DNA of 64,000 nucleotides. It comes from Anaeramoeba ignava BMAN. Its lineage: Eukaryota > Protista > Anaeramoebae. The position numbers and the translations under genes are program-made. Under the pieces are notes generated by a model, which searched no databases, had not been told where the DNA came from, and saw only the letters and a program-made list of their open reading frames with translations. Shown here one piece after another: positions 63,961-64,000 of this stretch (position 1 is the first letter of the stretch; every line of letters starts with the position of its first letter). Location: positions 558,001-622,000 of the forward strand of contig JAPDFW010000103.1 of assembly GCA_028826165.1 (NCBI GenBank), written 5' to 3'.

Positions 63961-64000
63961 TATTGGTTTTGAAATGAAGTAAAGAATGAGAAAAAAAAAT

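Overview
Extremely AT-rich eukaryotic genomic DNA using the standard code and GT-AG spliceosomal introns. The N/Q/E/K low-complexity tracts and microsatellite-filled introns resemble a free-living protist such as Anaeramoeba; that assignment is inference only. In order, the window holds: (1) a 5'-truncated ELAPOR/KIAA1324-like Cys-rich receptor with MRH-like domains; (2) a TM-coiled-coil-TLDc gene whose intron is three near-identical complete introns separated by two different 3-nt spacers (candidate microexons); (3) Integrator subunit 1; (4) a ~145-bp AT satellite; (5) a degenerate-RhoGAP/PH/RasGAP gene; (6) an orphan ARM-like exon; (7) a ~14.4-kb RNF213/mysterin-like AAA+ gene with frameshifts and no visible RING or RZ finger; (8) a 6-exon calmodulin/myosin-light-chain gene; (9) a USP20/33-like deubiquitinase; (10) an Fn3-repeat/GAS2(GAR)/SxIP protein; (11) a head-to-tail array of nine two-exon cAMP-receptor-like 7TM GPCR genes. 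The GPCR copies share one intron position, have mosaic sequences, and carry microsatellite introns that switch motif and strand. The two best candidates for something undescribed are the repeated-intron/3-nt-microexon cassette in TLDc and the modular GPCR array. All gene models were built by eye and have no transcript support.
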